The notes under the pieces: generated by a model
Told to the model about the DNA's origin: nothing
Database searches by the model: none
What the model saw: only the letters and a program-made list of their open reading frames with translations
Assembly (NCBI GenBank): GCA_963748625.1
Contig: CAVVJT010000010.1
Span: 736,001 to 800,000, forward strand
Reading direction: 5' to 3'
From: an uncultured Chloroflexia bacterium
Lineage (GTDB): Bacteria; Chloroflexota; Limnocylindria; Limnocylindrales; CSP1-4
DNA: 64,000 nt
Position numbers and translations under genes: made by a program
Shown: positions 1 through 9,911 of the stretch, one piece after another
Layout of the letters: each line of letters opens with the position of its first letter
Position numbering within the stretch: the first letter of the stretch is position 1

Positions 1-573
1 GTTGTTGATCCCGATCACGCGCGCGTCCGTGGCCAGCGCAGCCTCGAGCTCGCGCGCGTCGTGCGCCTCCACCAGGGGCTCCATGCCCAGGTCCCGGGCC
101 GCCCGCACCAGCTGCGCGAGCCGGTCGCCGGGATGCAGGACCGCCAGCAGCAGGACAAGGTCGGCGCCGGCTCCGCGCAGCAGCTCCAGCTGGCGCGGGT
201 CCACCACGAACTCCTTGGCCAGGACGGGCACGGCGACTGCGGCACGCACGGCGCGCAGGTCGGCCACGGAGCCGCCGAACCAGTGGGGCTCGCACAGCAC
301 GGAGATGGCGCTGGCGCCGCCGGCGGCATAGGCTCGAGCCCGTGCGACCGCGTCAGCCCCGGCCGCGATGGCACCCGCCGACGGCGAGGAGCGTTTGACC
401 TCGGCGATGAGGTGGAGGCCGGGGGCGGCGAGCGCCTCGACGACGGACCGGGGGGTGGGCGCCGCGGCGACCAGGGCATGGAGGCCGTCCTGCCCGAGCG
501 CGTCGAGCTCGGGGACGACGTCGGCCAGACGTCGTGCGGCGATCTCCTGGACCTTGTTCATCTCGGGGCTCAT
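1..573 (-). CDS. trpC: Indole-3-glycerol phosphate synthase (runs off the window edge)
   Basis: Manual translation from ATG 573 gives MSPEMNKVQEIAARR..HLIAEVKRSSPSAG..ASAISVLCEPHWFGGS..VLAKEFVVD..LVEAH..VIGINN. It has an ATGA overlap with the trpD stop. Confidence 0.93.
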   Translation of the reverse strand, partial: MSPEMNKVQEIAARRLADVVPELDALGQDGLHALVAAAPTPRSVVEALAAPGLHLIAEVKRSSPSAGAIAAGADAVARARAYAAGGASAISVLCEPHWFGGSVADLRAVRAAVAVPVLAKEFVVDPRQLELLRGAGADLVLLLAVLHPGDRLAQLVRAARDLGMEPLVEAHDARELEAALATDARVIGINN

Positions 574-1619
574 GCGTTCGCCTCCGCGGCCGCGACCACC
601 GTCTCGTAAGCACGTCGCTCCGCCCGCAGCGAACCCAGCAACTCCTCGGCCATGCCCGCGTCGATCGCGAGCGCTGCTTTGTCGATCCCGTCCTCCAGGC
701 GATCCACGACACCCGCGACCAGGAGCGCCGCACCCGCGTTGAGCAGCACCACGTCCCGGCGCGCGCCCGGCTCACCGCGGAGCACGTCCTCGACCATCTT
801 CGCGTTCTGGACGGCAGTCCCGCCCACGAGCTTGCGCGTCGGCGTGAGCGTGAAGCCAAGCTTCGTTGCCATGATCTCGTGGCGCTCGATGCCGGCGGGG
901 CTCACGACATACATGACGCCCGTGTCATCCAATGGCAGCTCGTCAACGCCATCGCCATGGATGACGAAGGTTCGTTCCGTCCCCAGCCGCTGGGCCACCT
1001 CCGCGATCTTGGGGGCTGCCTCGGTCACGCCAACGCCGATCAGCGCCCGGGTGGCGCCAGCAGGGTTGGTGAGCGGGCCGAGCAGGTTGAACGCCGTGCG
1101 GACGCCCATCTCACGGCGGGTGGGGCCGGCGTGGCGCATGGCCGGGTGGAACGCCTGGGCGAACAGGAACGCGAAGTTGTTCGTCCGGAGCGCCTCCGCG
1201 GCCGAGGTCGCGTCGTGGTCTATCCGGATGCCCAGCGCGTCGAGCACGTCGGCCGAGCCCGACTTCGACGTGAACGCCCGGTTGCCGTGCTTGGCCACCG
1301 GCACGCCCAGCGAAGCGACGACCAGCGCCGCCGTCGTGGAGATGTTGAAGGTTCCCGCGCCATCCCCGCCGGTCCCGACCACGTCGATCGCACCCACGGG
1401 CGCCTCCACGCGGACCACGCGCTCGCGCATCGCGGACGCGAAACCCGCGAGCTCCTCGATCGTCTCGCCGCGCATCCGCAGGCCCATGAGCAGGGCGGCC
1501 AGCTGGGACGGGGTGGCCTCGCCGTCCATCACGGCGCCCATGGCGAGGCGCGCCTCCTCGAGGGACAGCGTGCGGCCTTCGACGATCGCCGCCACCGCGG
1601 CCCGGACGAGCTCGCTCAT
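570..1619 (-). CDS. trpD: Anthranilate phosphoribosyltransferase
   Basis: Motifs DVVGTGGDG, TFNIST, KHGNR, SGSADVL, RTAFNLLGPLTNP. The start at MSELVRAA overlaps the trpG stop. Confidence 0.96.
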   Translation of the reverse strand: MSELVRAAVAAIVEGRTLSLEEARLAMGAVMDGEATPSQLAALLMGLRMRGETIEELAGFASAMRERVVRVEAPVGAIDVVGTGGDGAGTFNISTTAALVVASLGVPVAKHGNRAFTSKSGSADVLDALGIRIDHDATSAAEALRTNNFAFLFAQAFHPAMRHAGPTRREMGVRTAFNLLGPLTNPAGATRALIGVGVTEAAPKIAEVAQRLGTERTFVIHGDGVDELPLDDTGVMYVVSPAGIERHEIMATKLGFTLTPTRKLVGGTAVQNAKMVEDVLRGEPGARRDVVLLNAGAALLVAGVVDRLEDGIDKAALAIDAGMAEELLGSLRAERRAYETVVAAAEANA

Positions 1620-2362
1620 CGGGCGGCCCCTTCGGCGGTGGCCCCCTCGGCGGTGGCCCCCTCGGCGGCCACGACAGCCGGGCTGTCGGCCGCGTCGACG
1701 TCGTCCTGGTCGGTGAACCCGCGCGTCGCGAACGAGCCCGTCGCTGCGTCCAGGCGCGACGCCTCCCCCTCCCCGGCGAGCCGGAGGAAGTTGGCGAGCA
1801 GGTGCGGACCGTCGGGCGTGAGCACGGATTCGGGGTGGAACTGGACGCCCTCGATGGGCAGCGTGCGGTGGCGCAGCCCCATGACGACGCCGTCGTCTGC
1901 GCTGGTGGCGGTCACGTAGAGGTCCTCCGGCAGCGTGGCGGGATCCACGCACAGGGAGTGGTAGCGGGCGGCCAGGAATCCCTCGGGCATGCCGGCCATG
2001 AGGCCCCGTCCGTCGTGGCTCACCGCCGATGCCTCGCCGTGGACGAGAGTTGGCGCACGGACGATGGACGCGCCCCACGAGGCGCCCATCGACTGCATGC
2101 CCAGGCACACCCCCAGCAGCGGGATGCGGCGCTCGCGGGCGACGTCGATGGTGGCCACCGACACGCCGGCGGTGTCCGGGTCCCCGGGGCCGGGCGAGAT
2201 CACGATGCCCCGCAGCTCCTGTGCCGGGTCGTCGGCCATGGCCTCGACCTCCGCGCGGGTGATCTTGTCGTTGCGGATCACGCGCACGTCCGCGCCCGCA
2301 GCCTGGAGCGCCTGGACCAGATTGAACGTGAACGAGTCGTAGTTGTCGATCATCAGGATCAC
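1616..2362 (-). CDS. trpG: Anthranilate synthase component II (glutamine amidotransferase)
   Basis: Motifs MIDNYDSFTFNL, ISPGPG, GVCLGMQ, RYHSL, GVQFHPES. The tail is low-complexity (AEGAT repeats). Confidence 0.95.
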   Translation of the reverse strand: MILMIDNYDSFTFNLVQALQAAGADVRVIRNDKITRAEVEAMADDPAQELRGIVISPGPGDPDTAGVSVATIDVARERRIPLLGVCLGMQSMGASWGASIVRAPTLVHGEASAVSHDGRGLMAGMPEGFLAARYHSLCVDPATLPEDLYVTATSADDGVVMGLRHRTLPIEGVQFHPESVLTPDGPHLLANFLRLAGEGEASRLDAATGSFATRGFTDQDDVDAADSPAVVAAEGATAEGATAEGAAR

Positions 2363-3978
2363 GAGGCGGCCCCCTCCCCTGCGACCGGGGTTGCCGCGTC
2401 GGGGGTGGTGGTGGCGCGGGGCGTCGCCGGCGTGGCGGCAAGCTCCAGGGCCCGGCGCAGGGCGGCGGCCTTGTGCTCGGTCTCCATGAACTCGCTCTCG
2501 GGATCGCTCCGGGCGACGATGCCGGCCCCCGTGTGGATATGCGCCTGACCGTCCTTGAGCACGGCGCTGCGGATGGTGATGGCGGTGTCGAGATTGCCGT
2601 CGTAGCCGAGGTAGCCCACGGCGCCACCATACAGCCCGCGCCGCTCACCCTCGGCAGCCGCGATCAGCTGCATCGCCCGGATCTTGGGAGCGCCTGAGAG
2701 GGTGCCGGCCGGGAAGACGGAGCGCAGGGCGTCGAGGGAGTCGAGGTCACTGCGCAGGCGCGCCTCCACGTGGCTGACCAGGTGCAGGACGTGGCTGTAG
2801 CGCTCCACCTCCATGTACTGGCTGGTGCTCACGGTGCCGGGCTTGGCGACGCGGCCCAGGTCGTTGCGGCCGAGGTCCACGAGCATCACGTGCTCGGCGC
2901 GCTCCTTGGGGTCACGGCGGAGCTCGTCGGCGAGGCGCTCGTCGTCGGCGGGGGTGGTGCCGCGCGGCCGGGTGCCCGCGATCGGGTGGGTGGACATCCT
3001 GTCGCCGACGACCTGGACGAGGAGCTCGGGGCTGGCGCCGACGACCTCGAACGACGGGGTCCGGGTGAAGAACAGGTACGGGCTGGGGTTGACGCGGCGC
3101 AGCGCGCGATAGAGGCCGATGCCGTCGAGGGGCATGCCACCGTCGACCACCGGCAGGTCGAAGGACTGGCGCCGGGCGAGCACCACCTGGATGGCCTCAC
3201 CGGCGGCGATCGCGTCCTTGGCCTTCTCGACCGCACGGATGTACTGGTCGCGGCCGAGGCTGGTGTCGGCGTCGCCGAGGTTGGGCGGAGCGGGCTCCTC
3301 ACCGCGCCGGGTGAAGGACGCCGTGACCTCCGCGGCCGAGGGACGGGCGGTCCGCTCCAGGGCCTCGAAGACGGCGCGCTCTGCGATCCGGTAGCGACCC
3401 TCGAGATCGGGGGCGTCCGTGTGCAGGCTCGCGATCGCGCTGAGCTGGTGGGTCAGGTGGTCGAAGACGATGACGAGGTCGGTCTCGATGTAGCTCGCGA
3501 GGGGCACGCCGACAGGATCGCGCTCAGGCGTGGGGACGGACGGCTCGAAGGTCGAGATGGCGTCATAGCTCAGTGCCCCGACCGCGCCGCCGGTGAAGCG
3601 CGGCATGCCGTCGACTGGAACGACGCGGCGGCGCGGCACGAAGGCGCGCAGTGCGGCGAGCGGGTCGGGGGTCTCCTCGACCGTGACCGGGAGGTCGGGG
3701 GCGTAGTCGGTGACGCCAACAGGGCGGCTGGTGGTCCGAGCGACGCCGTCCTTGACCTCGAGGAGCCGGCGCGGGCCGATGCCGAGGAAGCTGTACCGGC
3801 CGAGGCGCTCGCCCCCTTCGACCGACTCGAGCAGGTAGGCGGGCGTCACGCCGTCGTCGAGGCGCAGGAACGCACCGATCGGAGTCTCCAGGTCCGCCGT
3901 GCGCGTGGCACGCAGGAGGATGGTGTCGGCGGTTCCGGCGAGACGCTTCGTCTCGGCAAGGCTCAGCGGGTCGGTCAT
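2359..3978 (-). CDS. trpE: Anthranilate synthase component I
   Basis: Motifs LLES, NPSPY, ASPELL, PIAGTRPRG, KERAEHVMLVDLGRND, FPAGTLSGAPK, RGLYGGAVGY. The start is placed at MTDPL, downstream of the T-box terminator. Confidence 0.96.
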   Translation of the reverse strand: MTDPLSLAETKRLAGTADTILLRATRTADLETPIGAFLRLDDGVTPAYLLESVEGGERLGRYSFLGIGPRRLLEVKDGVARTTSRPVGVTDYAPDLPVTVEETPDPLAALRAFVPRRRVVPVDGMPRFTGGAVGALSYDAISTFEPSVPTPERDPVGVPLASYIETDLVIVFDHLTHQLSAIASLHTDAPDLEGRYRIAERAVFEALERTARPSAAEVTASFTRRGEEPAPPNLGDADTSLGRDQYIRAVEKAKDAIAAGEAIQVVLARRQSFDLPVVDGGMPLDGIGLYRALRRVNPSPYLFFTRTPSFEVVGASPELLVQVVGDRMSTHPIAGTRPRGTTPADDERLADELRRDPKERAEHVMLVDLGRNDLGRVAKPGTVSTSQYMEVERYSHVLHLVSHVEARLRSDLDSLDALRSVFPAGTLSGAPKIRAMQLIAAAEGERRGLYGGAVGYLGYDGNLDTAITIRSAVLKDGQAHIHTGAGIVARSDPESEFMETEHKAAALRRALELAATPATPRATTTPDAATPVAGEGAAS

Positions 3979-4000
3979 CGGGGTGGAGTCCCTTGAGAAT

Positions 4001-4040
4001 CGAAAACGACCTGGTTCGTCATCAGGGACGAAAGGTCGTA
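4001..4040 (-). terminator. Intrinsic terminator of the trp T-box leader
   Basis: The minus strand reads ACGACCT-TTCGTC-CCTGAT-GACGAA-CC-AGGTCGT-TTTC, a hairpin followed by a U run. Its 5' arm overlaps the antiterminator 3' arm (CGTCCC). Confidence 0.85.
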
Positions 4041-4347
4041 AGTCCTTCCGCGGTGCCACCCACGTTCGGCGATGTGCCGCACTCTGACCGACGGATCCGG
4101 CGCCCGGCGTGTCCACCGGTGGATCGATCGGCGCTGCCCTGTATCGCTGGCGCTCTGCGCCGGAGCCTACTTGGCGTCCGCTGCGGTCCCCGGATCCGGT
4201 GTCGCGCATCGCGTCCTGGTCCTGGCCCGCCGCCCCGCGTTCGGTCCGGAGGCTCCCGGGTCCATTCGCCGCCGCCGCCATCCCGGCTCACACCAGCCGC
4301 CGGGTCTCTGTGATGGCGCCTGACAGGTACTCGTCCCGATCAAAGCC
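4001..4347 (-). ncRNA. T-box riboswitch, Trp specifier (UGG)
   Basis: Stem I has a GA/K-turn (TTGA..GA), AGTA..GAA loop E, AGAGA bulge and GGTGTGA distal loop. The specifier UGG is at 4264-4262. The T-box GGGTGGCACCGCG is at 4061-4049; its UGGC pairs with a G73 discriminator, as in bacterial tRNA-Trp. Confidence 0.93.
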
Positions 4348-4367
4348 ACGTGTTCAGTTGTGGCCGG

Positions 4368-4396
4368 AGGATAGGCCCGGTCCCGGGGGGCGTCAA
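4368..4396 (-). promoter_or_regulatory. Sigma70-type promoter of the trp leader
   Basis: TTGACG (4396-4391), 17-nt spacer, TATCCT (4373-4368), about 20 nt before stem I. Confidence 0.75.
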
Positions 4397-4801
4397 GGCA
4401 CGCCCGGCCGAGGTGCCGTGCCCGCTCGCTCCAGGCGATGCGCTCCCAGCGCGCCTACCGTCCGGTGAGGTGCGATTCCTGCGCGGCCATGGCGCAGAAA
4501 TCGCAGGCGCGGGCCGCTGCAGACGACGGGATGCGCGCCCAGCGTGCACGATCGACGGTTCACGCGACCGTAGGCGCGCCTGGCGCGCACCCGGGAATCG
4601 CGTGCGGGGTGACCCTCGTCAAGGCGACGCCGGGAAGGCGGTGGGCGCTCGGGTGCTCGGCTACCGAGGGCGCTGGCGCCGTCGCGCCCGCTTGCGCGGT
4701 CCGGGCGGCGGTGGCACGCGCCGGACCGATAGCCCGCACCGACTGCGGGTCGTCGGGAGACACCCGTCCCGCGCCAACTGGTCACGAGGGTGACATGAGA
4801 A

Positions 4802-4834
4802 GACCCGGAGTGGTGGCTGGCACCGCCCCGGGTC
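4802..4834 (-). terminator. GC-rich hairpin after heliorhodopsin
   Basis: Inverted repeat GACCCGGagtGGTG..CACCgccCCGGGTC, about 14 nt after the stop codon. It lacks a strong U tail. Confidence 0.5.
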
Positions 4835-4847
4835 GCAGGATCCGCGA

Positions 4848-5696
4848 TCAGCCCGGGCGGAGGGTCCCGGACCAGACCTGCCAGGCCAAGAGCGTCTTGG
4901 CCACGAGGCTCAGGATCATGTAGGTCTTCTCGCCCGCGAGATAGTCCTTCCAGCGGCCGATCTTGCGGTACTGGAGCACCATCGTGATCGCGAAGATGTT
5001 GAAGGCCACGAACAGGCTGCCGATGATCACGTAGACGAACGCGGGGATCGAGAACTCAGCCGGCAGGCCCTCCTGGGCGTTGAAGGCCCAGATGACGGAG
5101 AAGATCGCGATCCAGGGCACGATCCCGGCGATGCAGCCGAAGATGAAGTGCTTCCAGTCTGGCTTCTCACGGCCCTCGTTGGCGGCTTCCATGCTCCATC
5201 CGAACAGGTTCATCGCCACGTTCGCGCCGGCGATGGCGATCAGCGCGGTGAACTCGTTGATGTAGCTGATGTAGGCGATGGCCACGATCATGACGGTGGA
5301 CGAGAAGGCGTACTCCACCCAGCGCAGCGGGTTCATGCCGCGCGCCAGCCACGCCTCGTAGCGGGCCCGCAGCGGCCAGCCGGCCATGAAGTGTGCGATG
5401 GCGCTCATCAGGAAGAAGCTGGCGATCAGGTAGGCCAGCGGGAACGAGACGAGCACCACTTCCGTCGGCTCGACGCCGCTGAACTTGCCGTCCGTGAAGA
5501 TCGGCTTGATCGTGGGCACGACCGGCTCGAACAGCGTCGTGGTCTTCGAGATCGCGATCATGAGCACGAACTGGGAGAAGTGCGCCACCGACAGGAAGCG
5601 GTTCCAGCGGCGCAGCGAGCGACTTCGTTCTTCAGGGATCGGGGTGATCGCCTTCTGGGCGGGAAGGGCGTCGTTCACGCCGGCTTGGGCAGTCAT
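4848..5696 (-). CDS. Heliorhodopsin (HeR)
   Basis: Seven-TM protein with HeR motifs LRRWN..AHFSQ, SAIAH, NPLRWVEY, MNLFGWSME, PAFVY and GEKTYMILSLVAK (retinal-binding Lys). RBS GAGGAG. Confidence 0.94.
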   Translation of the reverse strand: MTAQAGVNDALPAQKAITPIPEERSRSLRRWNRFLSVAHFSQFVLMIAISKTTTLFEPVVPTIKPIFTDGKFSGVEPTEVVLVSFPLAYLIASFFLMSAIAHFMAGWPLRARYEAWLARGMNPLRWVEYAFSSTVMIVAIAYISYINEFTALIAIAGANVAMNLFGWSMEAANEGREKPDWKHFIFGCIAGIVPWIAIFSVIWAFNAQEGLPAEFSIPAFVYVIIGSLFVAFNIFAITMVLQYRKIGRWKDYLAGEKTYMILSLVAKTLLAWQVWSGTLRPG

Positions 5697-5771
5697 GGTC
5701 TCGGGTACTCCTCGGGGGTGGATACCTGTTCTTCGCTGGGGGGCCCCGGCCGGATGGGTCCCGGATCGCCG

Positions 5772-6503
5772 CTACGGCAGGGGTGCGAGCGCGCCGACCA
5801 GCGAATCCGGCTCGAGCGCAGCCACGACGTCAGCCGGCCCCATCACCGATATCAGCAGGGTACCGGCTGGCGCGCCGACCAAGTACTCCACGGCGCTCAT
5901 CGCCGTTCCGCCGGCCTGCGGCAGGGCGTACTCCAGGCGCACGGCCTCGCCCAGCGGCGTGGCCACCCGCTCCCGGGCGGTCTCCTCCGCCCCGAACGCA
6001 TCCTCGATGCCCCCGCCCACGAACCCCGCGACCAGGTCCAGCAGCGGGCCGCCCACCGACGGCTGCGACACGAGCACGGCGATGTTGGGGGTCAGCGTGA
6101 CGTCCGGGCCGGCGGCCGGGTCGAAGGCGGCGAACGCCGGCACGGCCCGCTCGCCCATCTCGGCGGCGGCGTCCAGCAGTGCACCCGCGCCGGGGTAGGT
6201 CGCGACGATCTCCTCACGCCGGGCCGGGTCGCCGAGCGCCCCGGCGTCCAGCTGCTCCCAGCCCACGGGCACCGGGATGCGGAGGCCGGCGGCAGGGATG
6301 TCCACCAGGACGGTGCCAGGCGGCGCCTCTCCCGGCGTCGCCGCGGCCGTGGGGGTAGGGGTGGGGGTGGGCGCCTCCGTGGGGGTCGGCGTGGCGGGCA
6401 CGGGCGGGGGTGTCGGCGGGGGCGTCGGGGCCGGCGACGCGCACCCCGCGACAGCGGCCAGCACCAGCACCACCGGCGCGATCGCGCCGGCGCGCAGCCT
6501 CAT
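5772..6503 (-). CDS. Putative lipoprotein with Pro/Thr linker
   Basis: Signal peptide with lipobox-like AVAGC, then a PTPPPTP linker and a globular domain. It overlaps the stop of the upstream gene. Confidence 0.7.
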   Translation of the reverse strand: MRLRAGAIAPVVLVLAAVAGCASPAPTPPPTPPPVPATPTPTEAPTPTPTPTAAATPGEAPPGTVLVDIPAAGLRIPVPVGWEQLDAGALGDPARREEIVATYPGAGALLDAAAEMGERAVPAFAAFDPAAGPDVTLTPNIAVLVSQPSVGGPLLDLVAGFVGGGIEDAFGAEETARERVATPLGEAVRLEYALPQAGGTAMSAVEYLVGAPAGTLLISVMGPADVVAALEPDSLVGALAPLP

Positions 6504-7516
6504 CCGCCGACCTTGATCGCGATGGTGGTCGTCATGTTCCAGCGCACCCCGTCGGGCACCTCTCCGTCGGGGACCACGACCACCTCGTAGACCACGCCGC
6601 CCTGCCGGCTCTCGCCATAACCGCCGATGCGGGCAACCGTGCCGGGAATGCTCGCGCCGGGAATCCCGTCCAGGGTGATCGTCGCCTCGGCACCCTGCCT
6701 GACGCCGGCGATCCCGCTCTCGTCGAGCTCCGTGGCGACGAACTCCCAGGCTGACTCGTCGCCGAGCCGGACCACCACCTGTCCGGGCGCAGCGAGCGCG
6801 CCCTCGCGCACCGGGAGGGCGGCCACGGTGCCGGCGAAGGGCGCGCGGATCGTGAGGTCCTCGCGGGCCACCTCCAGCGCGGTGACGGCGGCCTCCGCCC
6901 GGCGGGCGTCCGCCTCGGCCGCCGTGACACCCTCGGCGGCCGCGGTGACCGCGGCACGCGCGACGCGGACCTGCGCACGGGCGGCACTGCGGGCGGCGAC
7001 CGCCTCGTCCTCGCCAACGTTGTTGTCGCGGGCCGTTGTCAGCGCGGCCTCGGCCTGGTCCAGGCCTGCGAGGGCGACCGCGACCTGCTCGTCGGCCTGC
7101 GTCCTGTAGGCCCCGGCCTGGGCCGCCAGGGCTGCTGCGGCGGCGGCGGCCGCCTGCGCTCCCTCGATCTCGGCGTCGATGGCGGCCGTGTCCAGGCGGA
7201 CCAGCACATCCCCCGCGGCGACGGTCTCTCCGAGGACCACCGGCACGTCGGCAACGGTGCCACCCGCCGCCACGGCCAGCTCCGCGGCACGCACGGGCAC
7301 CGCGATGCCGTCGGCAACCACCTCGTCCACGATCGCCACGGGCGGCAGCGTGGCAGCGATCCCGTTCGACGGCGCCACCGGCCCGGATCCCGTCCCACCA
7401 CCGGAGAACACGCCCAGCATGGCCGCCACCGCGACCGCCGTGACGACTGCCGCGAAGGCCAGGACCAGGACGAGCCGGCGGCCCATGCCGCGCTCGGGGG
7501 TGCGCATGTCGCTCAT
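6500..7516 (-). CDS. HlyD/MacA-family membrane-fusion (adaptor) protein
   Basis: N-terminal TM, lipoyl-like halves (GGTVADVPVVLGETVAAGDVLVRLD; IRAPFAGTV), Ala-rich coiled coil, and C-terminal RWNMTT. Confidence 0.88.
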   Translation of the reverse strand: MSDMRTPERGMGRRLVLVLAFAAVVTAVAVAAMLGVFSGGGTGSGPVAPSNGIAATLPPVAIVDEVVADGIAVPVRAAELAVAAGGTVADVPVVLGETVAAGDVLVRLDTAAIDAEIEGAQAAAAAAAALAAQAGAYRTQADEQVAVALAGLDQAEAALTTARDNNVGEDEAVAARSAARAQVRVARAAVTAAAEGVTAAEADARRAEAAVTALEVAREDLTIRAPFAGTVAALPVREGALAAPGQVVVRLGDESAWEFVATELDESGIAGVRQGAEATITLDGIPGASIPGTVARIGGYGESRQGGVVYEVVVVPDGEVPDGVRWNMTTTIAIKVGG

Positions 7517-9900
7517 TCGTATGCGAGGACCTCTCGGACGCTGGTGCGGGCCGCGCGCCAGGCGGGCAGGAGACTGCCGATCACGGCCAGCCAGAACACA
7601 ACGATGAACCACAGGACGAGACCCTGCGCGCTGATCTCGAAGGCCAGGGGCCGCTGGACGAACGCCTGGCCCAGGGCGTCCGCCAGCACCTTGCTGGCCG
7701 GGATCGACAGCGCGGCCCCGATCAGCCAGGCCATCACGCCGATCACCAGGCCCTCCACCAGGAACAGCAGGAGCACGGCGGTGTCGCTGGCCCCGACCGC
7801 CCGGATGACCCCGATCTCCCGCGATCGCTCCACGACGTTCATGGTCATCGTCCCGGCCAGCCCCAGCCCGCCGACGACGCCGAGCAGTACCGCCATGACG
7901 GAGATGAACAGCACGAGCGTGTCGAACAGCGTGAACAGGGTCGTCGTCACGTCGCTGGTCGTGGTCGTGGCGGACACGCCGATGCCAGCCGCCTCCAGCC
8001 GGTCGCGGACCGCCCCGCCGATCCGTGCCTGGCCGGCGGCCGAGTGGTCGTCCGTGCCGATCATCACGATCCCGGCCCGCCCGGCGTCGCCCAGGCTCCG
8101 CTCCAGGGCCGGCGTCCCGAGGTACAGGAAGGGTGCCATCGCCGGCGACTGGACGATGCCGACCAGCGTCCAGGTGGTGTCGCGGCCACCGATCCGGAGC
8201 GTCACCGCGTCGCCGATCCCGAGATCGGGCTCGTCGCCCAGCAGGTTGGCCGTCGCAACCAGCGCGTTGCCCTCGCCGGGCAGGAGCCAGCGGCCCTCCA
8301 TGACGACGGGACGCACCGTGGTCGCGCCGTCGGGCAGGCCGAACGTGACCCGGGCGGGACTCTCGGAACCGTCGGGACGGATCCGCTGGGCGCTCGCGAA
8401 CCGCCACGGCTCGGCCACGGTCACGCCCGGGACCGCCAGTGCCTCGTCCACCACCGTCGATGCCTTGGCGGGCTCGGACAGCTCCACCTGGACGTCGTAG
8501 TTGAAGTAGCGGACGGTGTCCGCGAGGGTCGCGTACAGCGAGCCGCGAACGGTGAACACGGTCATGAACACCATGCCGCCCACGGCGAGCGCGGCCAGGG
8601 TGAGCCCCAGCCGGACCTTGCGCCGGAAGGTGTTGCGGATCGAGAGCAGCGTCGGTCGCGGAAGGCCACGCAGCCGGGCGAGGGCGGTGTCCAGCCGGCC
8701 GCGGCCGAAGTGCTCGGACGACCCGGGATCGCGCAGCGCCTCGCGGACGGTCATCCGGCCGCCGCGCCAGACCGGGATGGCCGCCGCGAGGATGGGGATC
8801 CCCACGGCGACGGCAACCTGGAGAACGACCGTCTCGAGCGGCACCAGCGGGTGGACCACATCGAAGTTGAGCAGGCCGCTCGCCAGGCTGGCGAGCCCGT
8901 ACGCGGCGAGCGCGGCAAGCGGGATGGCGACCATCGAGGCGAGCAGCCCGTAGGCGACGACGAGCGCGAGGTAGATGCCCGCCACCTGGTGGTCCCGCGC
9001 GCCGATCGCCTTCATCATCCCGACCTGGCGCACCTGCTGGCTGATGATCACGGACACCGTGTTGGCGACCAGGAACCCTGCCATGACGAGGCTCAGGAGC
9101 CCGATCGCGCCGAGCACCACGAACACGGCGGCCAGCAGCTCGTTCGCCGGATGCCTGCCGGGCTCCGGGACCAGCGAGAACGTCACCGGCACGCCCGCCT
9201 TCTCGATCCGGAGCCGCACGTCGTCCGCAATGGCGGCCGCCTGCGACATCGTCGCTCCCGGGTCGTCCAGGCGGATCCGCACCTCGTTGAACGAGTCATC
9301 CCACCCGAGGTCGCGGAGCGTGTCGAAGGTCACGTAGGCGTTGAGCCGGCCGAAGTAGTACGCGGGTGACGCCCCCGGCTCGTGGGCGAGGCCCGACACT
9401 GCCAGGTGGTGTTCCTTCCCCCCGGGCGCCCGGATCCGGATCGTCTGGCCGGCGGCCACGTCCACCAGCCGCAGGGCGGACCGTTCGAAAGCCACCTCAC
9501 CGTCGGCAGGCGGGAACGTCCCGGTCTGGCCCCGGACGAGGTCGATCCGCTGGTCGTCGAAGTCGGTCAGAGCCGTCAGGAGCATCTCCCGCGAGGTGCC
9601 GTCGTCCGCCAGCAGGCGGACGACGACGCTCCGCCGGCCCTCGGCGTCGTCCACCCCGGGTATGCCGCGGACAACGTCCACGAGCTCGCGGTCGAAGCCC
9701 GTGCCCGTGAACAGCGTGGCGGCGGCGGGCCGGGTCGCGGCGAACCCCTCCTCGAGGTTGCGCCTGAGAAGCGCCTCGGCTCCCGCGGTGGCGCCCACGG
9801 CGAACGCGCCGATGGCGATCGACGCGACGACCAGCGCGGTGCGCGCGCGGTACTGGCCCAGGTCACCCCGGACCTTCCGCCAGCGCACGCCGATCGCCAT
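7513..9900 (-). CDS. MacB/FtsX-family ABC permease (double-domain, ~795 aa)
   Basis: Starts RWRKVRGDL..RTALVVASIAIG. Has two FtsX motifs (QVRQVGMMKAIGA; VVERSREIGVIRAVGA) and ends PAWRAARTSVREVLAYE. Confidence 0.92.
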   Translation of the reverse strand: MAIGVRWRKVRGDLGQYRARTALVVASIAIGAFAVGATAGAEALLRRNLEEGFAATRPAAATLFTGTGFDRELVDVVRGIPGVDDAEGRRSVVVRLLADDGTSREMLLTALTDFDDQRIDLVRGQTGTFPPADGEVAFERSALRLVDVAAGQTIRIRAPGGKEHHLAVSGLAHEPGASPAYYFGRLNAYVTFDTLRDLGWDDSFNEVRIRLDDPGATMSQAAAIADDVRLRIEKAGVPVTFSLVPEPGRHPANELLAAVFVVLGAIGLLSLVMAGFLVANTVSVIISQQVRQVGMMKAIGARDHQVAGIYLALVVAYGLLASMVAIPLAALAAYGLASLASGLLNFDVVHPLVPLETVVLQVAVAVGIPILAAAIPVWRGGRMTVREALRDPGSSEHFGRGRLDTALARLRGLPRPTLLSIRNTFRRKVRLGLTLAALAVGGMVFMTVFTVRGSLYATLADTVRYFNYDVQVELSEPAKASTVVDEALAVPGVTVAEPWRFASAQRIRPDGSESPARVTFGLPDGATTVRPVVMEGRWLLPGEGNALVATANLLGDEPDLGIGDAVTLRIGGRDTTWTLVGIVQSPAMAPFLYLGTPALERSLGDAGRAGIVMIGTDDHSAAGQARIGGAVRDRLEAAGIGVSATTTTSDVTTTLFTLFDTLVLFISVMAVLLGVVGGLGLAGTMTMNVVERSREIGVIRAVGASDTAVLLLFLVEGLVIGVMAWLIGAALSIPASKVLADALGQAFVQRPLAFEISAQGLVLWFIVVFWLAVIGSLLPAWRAARTSVREVLAYE

Positions 9901-9911
9901 GCGTGGTCCCC

